Part shown: positions 1 through 12,429 of the stretch, piece after piece
Numbering within the stretch: the first letter of the stretch is position 1
How the letters are laid out: every line of letters begins with the position of its first letter
Position numbers and translations under genes: made by a program
NCBI GenBank assembly: GCA_043228905.1
Contig: JBHGNT010000008.1
Span: 14,942,001 to 15,006,000 of the forward strand
Length of the DNA stretch: 64,000 bases
Reading direction: 5' to 3'
DNA from: Azolla caroliniana
Lineage: Eukaryota > Plantae > Polypodiophyta
Notes under the pieces: model-generated
Told to the model about the DNA's origin: nothing
Seen by the model: only the letters and a program-made list of their open reading frames with translations
The model's database searches: none

Positions 1-191
1 CCCATGGTTTTTAAAACACCTTTGTGTTACCATAGTAACCTGATCTTGAACCTCATCTCATACGTCTAGAGGGGTATTGACGTGAGATAATGATATCGAT
101 TAATGGTCGCCCATGATATGTTTACATCACGACATGATGTTATGACTATATCTCTGACCTTATCCTATTTCTTTTCCAGAAATAATCTTTA

Positions 192-674
192 ATGGCTCAA
201 ATTAACGACCCGATGTCATCCGCTCAAGCGGAAGGAACTCAAGGGAATCCTCCTGGACAAATGTCCACTGAGATGTATTTGGCACAAATAACCCAATACC
301 TTAGTTTCACCGCTCAACAGATGACCGAACTTCGGCAATCTCAGAGTGCTCTTGAGGCACGTGTCATTAGTGTACAACGTGAGACTAATAGACCTGATGA
401 GCGACAAGGTGAACCATCATTTGTCGTTAAGCCATTTACGGGAGACAAAAAGGAAAGAACCGAAGAAGCAATCTGCACATGGCTGGGACGATGGGAGTCT
501 CATTTTGAGCTCTATCCCACGCCAGATAGTACGAAGATTGCATATGTCGGTCGAGAACTCGGGGGTAACGCCGCCGCTTGGTGGCGTGGCCTCCGTACTA
601 TGGGGAAATTGCCCGATACCTGGACAGATTTTGTCACGGTTTTTAAGGGCCAATTTCTGCAACCTCGCTCTTGA
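192..674 (+). CDS. gag: Gag N-terminal part (Retrotrans_gag-like), out of frame with the downstream ORF
   Basis: Motif LGGNAAAWWRG...TWTDFVTVFKGQF typical of Gypsy Gag; directly precedes pol. Confidence 0.85.
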   Translation: MAQINDPMSSAQAEGTQGNPPGQMSTEMYLAQITQYLSFTAQQMTELRQSQSALEARVISVQRETNRPDERQGEPSFVVKPFTGDKKERTEEAICTWLGRWESHFELYPTPDSTKIAYVGRELGGNAAAWWRGLRTMGKLPDTWTDFVTVFKGQFLQPRS

Positions 675-695
675 ACCGAGGCAGCACAAGCTTTA

Positions 696-3600
696 ATGAA
701 CCTCTCTAGCAGGAAATTTTCCTCGCTAGAAGACTATGTTCACCATGCTAGAACCCAAATCCAAAAATCGGGTCTAGAAGGGGACAATTGGTTGATAGCT
801 TGTTTTGTCAATGGCATCCCCAATTCGGACTATCACTGGATAGTGCACGATAAGGATCCAAAATCCTTCGAAGAGGCCGTTGAAATAGTTCTTCGCTATC
901 AACGCACTTCGAAGAAGGACCATAACAAACCCAACGAAGCGCCCGGGACTAAGCAGTCGCAATTTGTTGGGAAACGCAAGACACCCAACGAATTCCTGGA
1001 TCGCGATTGTAAGCGACAACATCCTTTTTGTGTATTCTGCAAAAAGAAGGGTCATACAAAAGATCAATGTCGAAAGCTCCAACGGAAAGAGCACGACAAC
1101 AAAGCTAAAGCTGCAGACCATAAAGGTCAGATTCCTAATGTCCTTCAGGTCTATACACATCATTTAAGTAATTGTCAATGTTCTTTCCCTCACTATGTAT
1201 TGGGTCCCAATGATTTACTACGTGCAAACGGGTATATCAATGGATCTCCCGTACAATTTTTATTTGATTCGGGAAGCTCACACAATTTTGTGAATGATCG
1301 TTTGGTTCAGATATGGGGAATCCAACCCACCGTAAGTGATCACACCTACACGGTGCACTTGGCTGATGGAAGAGTACAATACATCAACGGGGCGATTCAT
1401 TCATTAGGAATTTCTATTGATACTTATATAGAGGAAGTAGACTTCCATGTAATGAATCTTTGTACCACCGATGTAATACTGGGTTATCCCTGGTTTTATA
1501 ATAAAAACTCTTCTTTATTTATTGATTGGGTTTGTCATTCCATTTCTTTTGTACTGAACGATTGTACGCATTTTATTCAATGTGTAAAAAAACAATCCCT
1601 CTCGATTGTTTCCTCGTGTCCATCAATATCCGAGTTGTCTTGTTCTACGTTATTTTATTGTGTACTTGATCCGGACATTCACGTTTACAATATCGATAAT
1701 GTCCCGATTCAATTAACATATTTTGAACAACAACAACTTGATGAAATCTTAAATGATTTTCATGATGTTTTTCCAAGTGAACTACCTAATGGGTTACCTC
1801 CTAAACGTAATATAGACCATCGTATAGATATTGTACCTGGTGTTGCACCAATAAGTATACCTCCGTATCGCTTAAGTCGATCCGAAGAAGATGAGGTATC
1901 TAAGCAACTCAAGGACTATTTACGAATGGGTTATATACGTTATAGTAAATCTCCATGGGGTGCACCAGTTCTCTTGGTTAAAAAGAAAGAGGGCACATGG
2001 CGTATGTGTATTAATTACCGACGCTTGAATAAAGTGACGATCAAGAATTCGTATCCATTGCCCCGGGCTGACGATCTAATTGACCGTCTCCAGGGAGCTC
2101 GGTATTTTACGAAACTTGATCTCCGTACTGGCTACCATCAAATACGAATAAGTGAGGACGATGTTCCTAAAACGGCATTTCGTACGCGCTATGGCCATTA
2201 CGAGTTTTTGGTTATGCCTTTTGGTTTGACCAATGCTCCGGCTACTTTTCAACAAGAAATGAATGACATTTTCCGAGAACAACTTGGAAAATTTGTCGTT
2301 ATTTTCTTGGATGATATTTTAGTTTATAGCCGTACATTACAAGAACATGCTAGACATGTCCGCTTTGTTTTACAAACATTGCGTGACAAACAGTTTTATG
2401 CGAAGATCTCAAAATGTGAGTTCTTCAAGAAATCAATTACTTATCTAGGACATCTCATAACCGAACGAGGAGTTGAAATTGATTCTTCTCGCATTGAGAA
2501 AATCAAGCTTTGGCCCACTCTTCGGAATATTCGAGAAGTTCGATCATTCCTTGGTTTTGTGGGGTTTTTGCGAAAGTCTCTTCGTAATTACTCCCAATTG
2601 ACGATGCTGTTTACTGATCTTTTAAAAGGTCAAACGCGTAAGTCTACAAAACCTATTGTGTGGAATGCTACACTAGACCTTGCCTTTAAGGAACTCAAGG
2701 ACCTGGTTTGCCAGGCTCCTTCACTTCTTTTACCCGATCCTTCAAAACCTTTTGAGGTTGAAACCGATGCAAGCGATTATGCTATAGGTGCTGTCTTGTA
2801 TCAAGATGGTAAACCAATAGCATTCGAGAGTAAGAAACTTGATTCTGCTCAATGTCGGTATACCGTTCAAGAAAAGGAATTATTTGCAGTTATACATGCG
2901 CTCAAAACATGGCGCCATTATCTTTATGGAAATCACTTTGTGGTAACTACGGACCACGAGTCCTTGAAATATTTTTGTGACCAACAAGACCTGAAAGGTC
3001 GTAAGGCACGATGGGCTGATCTCATCCAGGACTTTGATTTTTCCATACGATATCATAAAGGTTCCATGAACACTGTCGCTGATGCACTAAGTCGCATCCG
3101 TGAAGTTAACATGCTTAGCTTCACTGCAATATCATCAGATCTTTATGATCACCTTCGAGGAAAGTATCCTGATGACAGCTATTTCGCAAAATACTGGGCA
3201 AGAGTTGAGTCTGGAACAGACACCACCACATCCTCGAAGGAATACTTCCACATTGCTAACGGTTTGCTCTACCGTAATGGGAAGGTTTGTGTTCCAGATT
3301 TACCCGAGGTCAAAAAGAGGATTCTTTTTGAATGCCATGATGCACCCTCAGCAGGGCACCCTGGAATAAATCGTACACTCGTTCTCATCTCCACTCAATT
3401 TTATTGGCCTAAGATGCGTCCTGACATACATAGCTATGTGACTAAATGTCACCAGTGCCAGGTTAACAAAGCCGAGCGACTTAAAGTCGCAGGACTTTTA
3501 CATCCCTTGGACATTCCCAATAATAAGTGGGAAAGTATATCCATGGATTTTATTGTTAGCCTTCCTCACACCCAAAAAGGTCATGATGCCATCTGGGTTG

Positions 3601-4625
3601 TCGTTGATCGACTAACTAAAATGGCTAGATTTATTGCTACTAAAACCACGGTAACAGCTCCTGAATTGGCTTACCAATTCGTTGACGAATTGTTTCGTTT
3701 TTATGGGTTACCGATGGATATCGTGAGTGATCGAGATCCAAAGTTTACTAGTGACTTCTGGACACAAGTCTTTAAGAAGTTAGAAACTACGTTGAGCATG
3801 AGCTCCACGGATCATCCTCAATCCGATGGACAGACAGAACGAGTAAATCAAATTATTGAGGACATGCTTCGAGCATACGTTGGTGCAAAACCAACAAAAT
3901 GGGAACGTTATCTCCCAATTTTGGAGTTTGCTTATAACAGCTCCAAGCATACGTCGACGGGATATAGTCCTTTTATGTTGATGTATGGTTTTCAGCCACG
4001 AGCCCCGATTGATGTTAATATACATCATGATGAGTTGCGAAGTACGCAAAACTTTCTTCAGGATATGCAAGATATGTTGCATATTGCATGAGATAATATA
4101 AAAACAGCTCAAGATAGAGCGCGTTTTTATGCCGATCATCATAGGCAACCTCGTGTATTCAACCTTGGACAGAAGGTATTTTTACGTGTACCTCACAATT
4201 CTAAGACATTGTCTACGGGTAAGTGCGCTAAGTTAGCCCCACGGTTTTGTGGACCTTTTACAGTCCTCAAACGCATTGGGTCATCAGCCTATCGTCTCGC
4301 TCTTCCCGATGGTGTCGGAATTCATCCAGTCTTTCATGTGAGTCGTCTAAAAGAACTTCTAGGTTCTGGCGACAATACAGTTACGACTGAAACTCTGGTT
4401 ACTTCTGAAGAATTATCTTCTAAACCACATGTACCAGAAAGAATTCTCGATGTTAAAACAAAAAAATTACGTACTAAAGAAATCCAAGAATTCAAAATAA
4501 AATGGATGGATAAATCAATAAAAGATGCCACATGGGAACGTGAAAATACTCTAAGAACTAACTTCCCTAACTTTCCATTGCAAGAGTGCAATGTTTTAAA
4601 GAGGGGGAGTATGTTACGGGCATGA
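696..4625 (+). pseudogene. pol: Gag C-terminus and Pol polyprotein (zinc knuckle, protease, RT, RNase H, integrase, chromodomain) with one premature TGA at 4089-4091
   Basis: [14 protein letters not shown]; FDSGSSHNF; [13 protein letters not shown] and FLDDILVYS; TDASDYAIG; [12 protein letters not shown]; PRFCGPF; PERILD..IKW..DATWE. ORF 4209-4625 is in the same frame as 696-4091. Confidence 0.93.
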
Positions 4626-5045
4626 CCATATAATATCCCGTGGTAAGAATTTACCGTAGTAATCTATACATGTGGATAAGTGTGAGGGTTAAATGAGAGT
4701 GTAAAGAAGGGGAGGATTACTTTTAATCCTCGGGATTGAGACAACCCATTAGGTCAAGTGTGAACTTGCCTGGGGGCCTTGGGTATCGCTATAAATAAGA
4801 GGTCTAGCTACCCTCATTTGATCATCTTTTGACTACATCAAGACTCTGCTCGTGTGGTGGGTCAACTCTTGTAGCGAGCGCGCCAGCACCAGGTACGACT
4901 CGACGCCACGGCGGTGGTATGGGACGCCGATCGAGGCTCGAGTCCGTCTCGATCCCTTCGCTCGGGGGTGGTCGGGTGGATCGGCACCCTTCTTTCTCTT
5001 TCTCCTTTCTATTTATGTTTTCATTATCCTTATCTTAAGCTTACG
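4612..5045 (+). repeat. 3' LTR of the chromovirus (right end approximate)
   Basis: Starts TG after the PPT; TATA CTATAAATA near 4789; ends near GCTTACG. Confidence 0.7.
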
Positions 5046-5429
5046 TTAGTATCAAGATCTATAATAGTAGAACTCTCGAGAGAAGGAAAGAGTGTGTGTG
5101 AGAGAGAGAGATCAAGAGAGAGAGAGAGAGAGAATGATGATAACAAAATATATATATTATGTTAAGAGAATATACAATAGTAGCTAGGAGTCTTAAGACT
5201 AGTGTTGAACCGATTTGGTTCGAAATAATGCCCCATGCCTCCTTTTATAGTGTTCTCAGGAGTACTCTTGAAGTTTCTAGAATGTTCCAGAGAAATGAAA
5301 ATAACAACCTTAAATGAAAATAATAACCTTTCTATTACAACATATAGTCTAATGGTCAAGAGCTCGACCCATATAACATGAGGGCATGGGTTCGAGTCTT
5401 GCCATATCATGACACTATCCCCCTTTTAA

Positions 5430-8400
5430 AACAACAAGTGTCACGAGTCGTTTTGGATTGAGGACCTGGTTTGTCTGGATATTGATGATGGAAGTCTTCA
5501 AGAAGAGCATGAGCATTGGTCACATTCTCTATTGGTTCCCAAGTACGCTCGTTTGGAATATATCCTAGCCAATCGACTAAATAGTACAGCTTGCTGCGAA
5601 CAATCTTGGAATCGAGGATCGCGGCAACGTGTACTCAGGTCCATCTTCAAGTTCAATTGGGGGTGGAGGTTGTTTAATACGACCTGGGATGGTGCTATCT
5701 TGATAGGGTTCGTGGAGAGAACTATGAAACACCGGATGTATCCGAATTTTTGGAGGTAGATCGAGACGAAAAGTGAAATCATTAATTTTTCCAATAATAC
5801 GGAAAGGACCTAATCGCTGATAATCCAACTTCTCGCATGGGCAAGTAGTCTTGATGTGTCGTCGTAGTAGCCATACCCGATCTCCAATGTTAAAACTGGA
5901 TGGAAGCCGAAGACAATCCGCGTAAACCTTGTGTGTTTGTTGAGCTTGTTGTAGATGAGTAGATAAATCCGCTTGTATCTTGCGCAACCGCTCCAAACGA
6001 TCCTCTGCACAAGGATTTGTGGGTATCTCTAGGGTTTCTAATACACACCACCGGGGGTGACAACCTGTATAAGCATAAAATGGTGTAACCTTTGTCGATG
6101 AGTGGAAAGAGTTATTATACGCAAATTCAGTGAAGTGGAGAATATCTGCCGAGTCATCTTGATGATAGCTTACAAAGCACCAAAGATACTGCTCCAACGT
6201 TTGATTTGTTTGTTTTGCTTGGCCGTCTGTTTGCGGGTGGCAGCCAGAGGAGAGGTTACAAGTGACCTTAAGCACTTTAAAGAGGTGCTACCAAAATTTC
6301 GAGACGAACTGGGGTCCACGATCGTTGATGATACTATCGGGAAGGGCATGATGCCGACATACTTCATGCATGACAGTTTTGGTGGTTTCCTCACTGGAGA
6401 TTTCCTTAGTACATGGTAGGAAATGGGCCATCTTCGTATATCGATCTACTACTACTAAGATCACATCGAATCCCTTAGAGACCAGAAGATCTGTGATGAA
6501 ATCTAGAGCAATGGATTGGAACGTCTTGCTTGGAATTGGTAATGGTTCTAATAAACCATATGGATGATGCCTTGACATTTTTGCTCTGCAACATGTATCA
6601 CAAGCCCGAACAAAATCTTCGATAAATTGTCGCATATGACACCACCAGAGTGATCGTTGTACTAAATCTAATGTTTTAGTACTACCAAAATGCCCAACTG
6701 TATATGTGTCATGACAGTTTTGGACTACTCAAAGGCGACAAGAACCATGAGGAACATACACGAGTTTCTTAAAGAATAGTAATCCATCATGACATTCGAA
6801 TTGTCGATAGTCCGTACCTAGTTGTTGCGATTGTAACAAGATGCTCGAGAGGGATCAATTTGTGCTCGAATGGTTTGGGCAAAAGCATCTGTCTTCAATC
6901 TTCACGTATGGTATTGATAACGTGGGAATCCAAGGGCATACCGAAGACCTGTGTTGCTTGCAGTTGTGCCGGTCCCAGGATTACTTGCTTTTGGTTATTG
7001 AAAGTTGGCTCGCTAGGACGCGACGCTAGATACGAGTGCCGTGATAATGCATCTGCCTTCCCTTGTTGTTTCCCTGGACTATATGTAATTTTGAAGTCAA
7101 AACGAGTGAGGAATTGGGCCTACCGAACTTGACGTTGATTTAACACACGAGCATTCTGAAAGTAGGCAAGGTTTTTGTGATCACTGAATACGGTGACTTG
7201 ATGAGAAGATCCCTCTAGAAAGTGCCTCAATTGCGTAAAAGAGTCCACTATTGCTAATAGCTCCTTATCATGAATTTCATAGTTGATTTCGGCGGCGTCA
7301 AACTTGTGTGAGTGGAAAACCATAGGATGTAGCTTTTCATCATCACCTTGTTGTGATAGAATGCTACCCAAGGCGAAATCCGATGTGTCTGCTTTGATGA
7401 TGAATGGTTTTTCCAGATCAACATGGGCTAGAATAGGAGATGATGTAAATGCCTTCTTAAGACTCTCAAAAGCCATGTCTGCTTCTTTAGACCAAACGAA
7501 CAATTGTCCCTTCCTGGTAAGTTGTGTGAGAGGTAGAACAAACTTTGAGTAATCCTGTATAAACTTGCGGTAAAAATTGGCAAAGCCTAAAAAGCATTGC
7601 ACATCTCGCAATGAACACGAAGTCTGCCACTCTACCACCGTTTTGACCTTAGCTTGATCCATGGAGATGCCTTCCGAGGAAATGACATAGCCCAAAAATT
7701 CTACCTGGTTGCACTCAAAACTACATTTTTCTAGCTATGCATAATGACCATGTTCTCGAAGTCATTTTAGTACTAACAGTACATGAGAATCATGCTCTTC
7801 TTGGGTCTTCGAATAAACCAATAGATCATCCAAATAGATGATCAAACAAACATCCAAGAGATCTCAGAATATATCATTTGCCAAGTGTTGGAAGACGGTT
7901 GGCGCATTAGTGAGGCCAAATGGCATGATTGTATACTCGAAGTGCCCATATCTAGTGAAAATGCGGTCTTCCAATCATCTCTTGGTCGGATCCTTACGAG
8001 ATTATATGCTCCTCGTAATTCGATCTTTGTGAAGAACCTTGCACCATTGATCCGTTCTAAAAGACTTGAGATAAGGGGAAGTGCATACCTATTCCTGATA
8101 GTGACCTTATTCAAGCCACGGTAATCTACCACGAGACGAAGTGATCCATTCTTTTTTCTTGACGAAGAAAATGGGTGCACCGGTTGGAGATTTCTAATGT
8201 TGAATGAAACCATTTGCCGAACTCTCCTCTATATAGGCTCGAAGGACTTCTAGCTCGGTTGGTGACAAATTGTCGATCGGTCCCCATGGTGACTCTTTTC
8301 CCGGTTATAAATCGATGGGACAATCCTACGGTCGATGGTGAGGAAGCGTATTGGCTTGTACTTTATTGAACACATCGGCATAATGACGATACTTCTCTGG

Positions 8401-10140
8401 ATGTTGAACGGTGGAATCCTCTTCAGTAGTGTTGGAGGGTTTTATTGATACTGCGAAGAGAAACATTTCTTCCTTGAGTCCTTCCTCACGCAATTGATGT
8501 AGCGAAATGGTTGCAATCTTATGAGTAGATCCTCGGGTTTGTCGATACTAGATTTCTCTTGTTCTCCAATCTATGTCTAGGTTATGTAATTTGAACCATG
8601 GTAATCCCAAAACAATGGGATGTTCTGGGATACTAATGATATTTAAGGATACTACACATGCTAAATTATGTAGGACAATATTAACAGGCTTTGACTCTTC
8701 AATGACATTTTCAGAAGCAATGGGATGACCATCAATGACTACTACAGAGGCTGGACATGGGATTTTCCTTAGGGATATCTGATGAACTTGGGCAAAATTC
8801 CTATCCATGAAGCAAGAATTAGCTCAGGAATCTAGGAGTGTTGATACATGTACTAGAGAGGTACTTTTCGTACTAACTGTTACTTTGGCTAAGAACACAT
8901 TGCTAACTTGCTTAGAGGGAATGGAACCACTAATGGGTTGCATAGATCTAGGGTTGTCCAACCAAACGACTCCTATTTTAGCTAGACTTAGTCATTTAAC
9001 TCTTTTTCTAACTGACTAAGGACATCAAATTTGTTTGATAGATTTGGGCTATTAGTACTATTAGGACTATAAGATATTCCTACTGAAATAGACTCGGGTT
9101 TAGTACAATTAGAACTAGCAACTATTTGGTTTACCTGTCTTCTTGGCCTATGGGCACAGTTCACTGCAATATGCCATGGTCCACCGCAATAAAGACATAG
9201 CCGATTTGCTCAGCGTCACTACTTTTCTCCTTCCGGTAATGGACCACAATGACGTGTAGTGTCAATTTCCGTCGGAGTTGGAGTATTCACTGGAGACACA
9301 TTATATGACTCCCTTGGAAAAGATTTTGCTACCAGTGAGGCGTAGGTGGCCTCTGATCTTGCCCTTGGCATCTGGAATTGACGTTCCAAATGTCGTTCGA
9401 AAAGACGGTTGTCGCATCTCACCACGCGATTGATTGCTTCTGTCAATGACTTTGGTTCTTCTGGGAAGGTCAGGAGTAAATCCTTGACATCATTACGTAG
9501 ACCATAATGAAATTGCTCCATTAGTGCTTAGTCATCCTAGGGGATATTAGAGGCGAGTAGGCAAAAATCTGTAGCATATGCGGAGACTAGACGATCACCT
9601 TGACGTAATCATCGGATTTTGTTGATTGTTGTCCTTATGCTGTCAATATCTCCAAAACAGAATTTAAAATCACTTAAAAACCCTTCAAAATTGTTTAGTA
9701 AAGGAGATTCCTTTTCTAACAATGGAGCGAACCTTGCCAAGGCTAAGCCACTTAGCAACGTGCCTACTAAACCCAGTCATGATGCATCGGTGGGATATCT
9801 TGAAGGATGCATTTGAATGACTAATCGTACCTAATTAAAGAATCCTCTAAACTGCGATTGCGTTCCATCGAATTTAATGGGAAGGGTGATCTTGGGTTCT
9901 TTATGAATCCCTTGCGTACTAGGTCCTTGTTGTTGCAGCGCTACTATAGTTGCTTCGAGCTATTGCACGCGTAACGCTAGTTCCCCATGTTACTGCATCT
10001 GTTGCTTCTCTAATGAGATTTGTTGAAGCTCCCCTAACAGTCATTAATTTTCTTGTTCAATGCGAGAAACTTCTCTTTTAAGCTTTGCAACTCCGAAAAA
10101 ACAGATTGATATTCTTGAGCGCTAGTAGTGGCCATAGTAT
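5430..10140 (-). pseudogene. Fragmented gag-pol of the Tcn1-like element
   Basis: ORF pieces 9219-9521 (FHYGLRNDVKD), 8548-8808 (VLGLPWFKLHN), 7842-8213 (DYRGLNKVT), 7120-7695 (YEIHDKELLAI), 6288-6635 and 5577-6275 (HPQTDGQ, RLGPF). Confidence 0.9.
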
Positions 10141-10190
10141 GAGAGAAAAGAGGAATAAGAGAAGGAAGGAAAGGGAAGAGAAGGAAGGAG

Positions 10191-10207
10191 ACCAAATCGG
10201 TTTAAAC
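10191..10207 (-). promoter_or_regulatory. Self-priming-type PBS of the Tcn1-like element
   Basis: Minus strand GTTTAAACCGATTTGGT abuts the 5' LTR end and is complementary over 12 nt to LTR sequence about 30 nt downstream of the TATA (5208-5219). Confidence 0.7.
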
Positions 10208-12429
10208 TGTTAGGAACAGTACTAAGACAGAGAAGGAATTAGTACTAAAAGATGAGGATTAGTACTAAGGGAGGTATAGAACTCTCAAGAGAATAAACGC
10301 GTGAGAGAGAGAATGATGATAACAAAATATATATATTATGTTAAGAGAATATACAATAGTAGCTAGGAGGCTTAACACTGACGTTGAACCGATTTCGTTA
10401 GAAATTATGCCTTGTGGCTCCTTTTATAGTGTTCTCAAGAGTACTCCTGACGTTTCTAGAATGTTCGAGAGAAATCTAGAATATGCATCAATTTTCTAAA
10501 GTAAAACTTAAATGAAAATAATATCCTTCATATTAGTACAACATATAGTTTAATGGTCAAGAGATCGACCTGTGTACCATAAGGTCATGGGGTTGAGTCT
10601 TGCCATATCATGACGATGGCCATTCCCCCCTTGAGAAAAAGTCTCTCCCTTTCTCCCTCTCCATCACTAATCTCTCTGTCTCCTTCACTACGTGTTTGTG
10701 TTGTGTTAAAAAGTGGTGTGTATGGACTCTCTGTTGAGATCCAATGGCGATTTCTCTTGCTTTTATTTATTATGTATCTAAGGCCTGATGGATAGGGCCT
10801 TTCAACCTCCTCCCCACTTCGTTACTGTCTCTGCAAAAAAAAAACCCTAGCCACCCCAGAGTTCGTCTCTATGTGTTTAGCTCTCTATGTCTCTAGGTGT
10901 GTGTATGTTCTATGTGTGCATCTTTAGCCTTCTTCTCTTCCTAGGTGTGTGTCTATGTTGTATGTGTGCATCTTCAGCCTTCTTCTCTCCGCATTATGGA
11001 TCTCCAAGTAAAATATGTAGGCTTTCACAAAGAAACTAGACACAATCATGGGAGTGAGTCGCAATCGAGTCGTGCAAGTCATGAAGAGGAAGTATTCAGT
11101 TCTTTTCCAACTCACGAAAAATGGATTTGGGAGCGTGTTGGAAGACTATGAGGAACCAAAAGAGAAAGGGAACAAAACAGGAACGTAATCCGAGTGCCGA
11201 CTGAGCAATTGTTGGCTAAGAGACGGCTTGGAAAGCATCTGAGAAGAGCTCGAGCCAACTGAGACAGCCAAAGAGTTCGGCAACCACTAGATGAAGACGA
11301 CCGACCGGAATCCGACAGTTAACCAGATGCAAAAACGGACACAAATAAACCCCAGCACGGTCGAGAAAGTTGCCATGAACCAGAGAATTGGCCTAGAAGC
11401 CGAGCGACAACCACGAGATGGTCTTCTTAGTCATGGCTGAAAAAGGGCCGAGAGTACGGCATAGCCGTGAAACAGCCAAGAATACGACACGGCTGAGAGT
11501 ACAGCACCATCGAGAAATGGCCGAGAGTTTGGCACAGTCGTGAAACGGCTATGAATACGACACGACGGAGAGTTCGGCAGAGCAGTGAAACGGCCAAGAG
11601 TTCGGCGTGGCCGAGAAATGCCCGAGAGTACGGTACAACTGAGAAGCAGCGAGCAAGAAGCTGAGAGTCAGTCCAACCACGGCCGAGAAAGCAGCCGAAA
11701 CCCGAGATTTGGCCCATCCACAGCTGAAAAAGCGGCCGAGAAGCCGAGAAGCCAAGAAACCGAGAAACGGCCAAGAAAGAGAGAGTCGGCCCAACTATGG
11801 CCGAGAATGCGGTTGAGAAAGAGAGAGTCGGCCCAACTACGGCCGAGAAGCCGAGCCACGGCGAGTAGACAACGGCCAAACCGGCGAGTCGACAAGCCAC
11901 GAGACGGCCAAGAAGCCAAAAGTGTGGCCGATAGACGGTCGGGTAAGGACCGAGTGGCAACCAACGGAGAGATACTCAGTTGAGCACCAACCGAGTGGCG
12001 GTTGAGACACGTCCGATGAATAGGCACGATCAGAGAGACACCGACGAAGAGCTAGAAAAAGGACAAAGAAATAGACCAACCCAATCATAGTAGAGACTGA
12101 GCTCCACCTAATTCTTCCATGGCCAAGGAAGAGAAGAACGCAAAAAGAGATAGAAACGAAGAAGAAGAGAGAAGAAGGAGAAATCGTAATCGAACAGGAA
12201 AGAATTAAGGCAAAAGAGGAAGAAGAAGAGGAAAAGGGAGGAACAAGAAGACAATCAGAGAGACGAGCAAGAAGAAAGTGATGAAGAAGTGAAGAGATGA
12301 TCCAGGAAAAGAAGAAGATACACAGAGAGGGACAAAGAAAGAACGAAAAAAAACCTAAAAAAAAGAGGGTACCAGGACAATTTCAAAAGCTCAAGGCCCC
12401 GCATAGAATTTTGAAAATAGGAGGGCAAA

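Larger units (their letters stand above)
1..5045 (+). mobile_element. Ty3/Gypsy chromovirus LTR retrotransposon, near intact; 5' LTR lies outside the window
   Basis: gag-PR-RT-RH-INT-chromodomain order; PPT AAAGAGGGGGAGTA at 4598-4611 followed by TGTTACGGG LTR start. Confidence 0.95.
5065..10615 (-). mobile_element. Decayed Tcn1/Tf-like chromovirus with two LTRs
   Basis: Direct repeats about 5065-5414 and 10208-10615; PPT AAAAGGGGGATAG (minus, 5427-5415); fragmented gag, PR, RT, RH, INT and a group-I-type chromodomain (YYLVDWLGY..RTWEP) on minus. Confidence 0.92.

Noticed and set aside
5338-5410. Functional tRNA gene (also 28790-28860, 34158-34225)
   Set aside because: A and B boxes are present but no convincing acceptor or anticodon stems; embedded in LTRs, so reported only as tRNA-like cassettes.
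10616-10635. Minus-strand PPT (AAGGGGGGAA) making family X copy 1 a normal minus-oriented element
   Set aside because: No recognisable LTR follows and the LTR TATA at ~14835 is on plus; not fully excluded, and kept as the main alternative to the second finding.
12297-12429. N-terminal 45 aa of the 604-aa ORF as a real protein start
   Set aside because: Lys-rich translation of the host element's A-rich tract that happens to be in frame with the truncated LINE.
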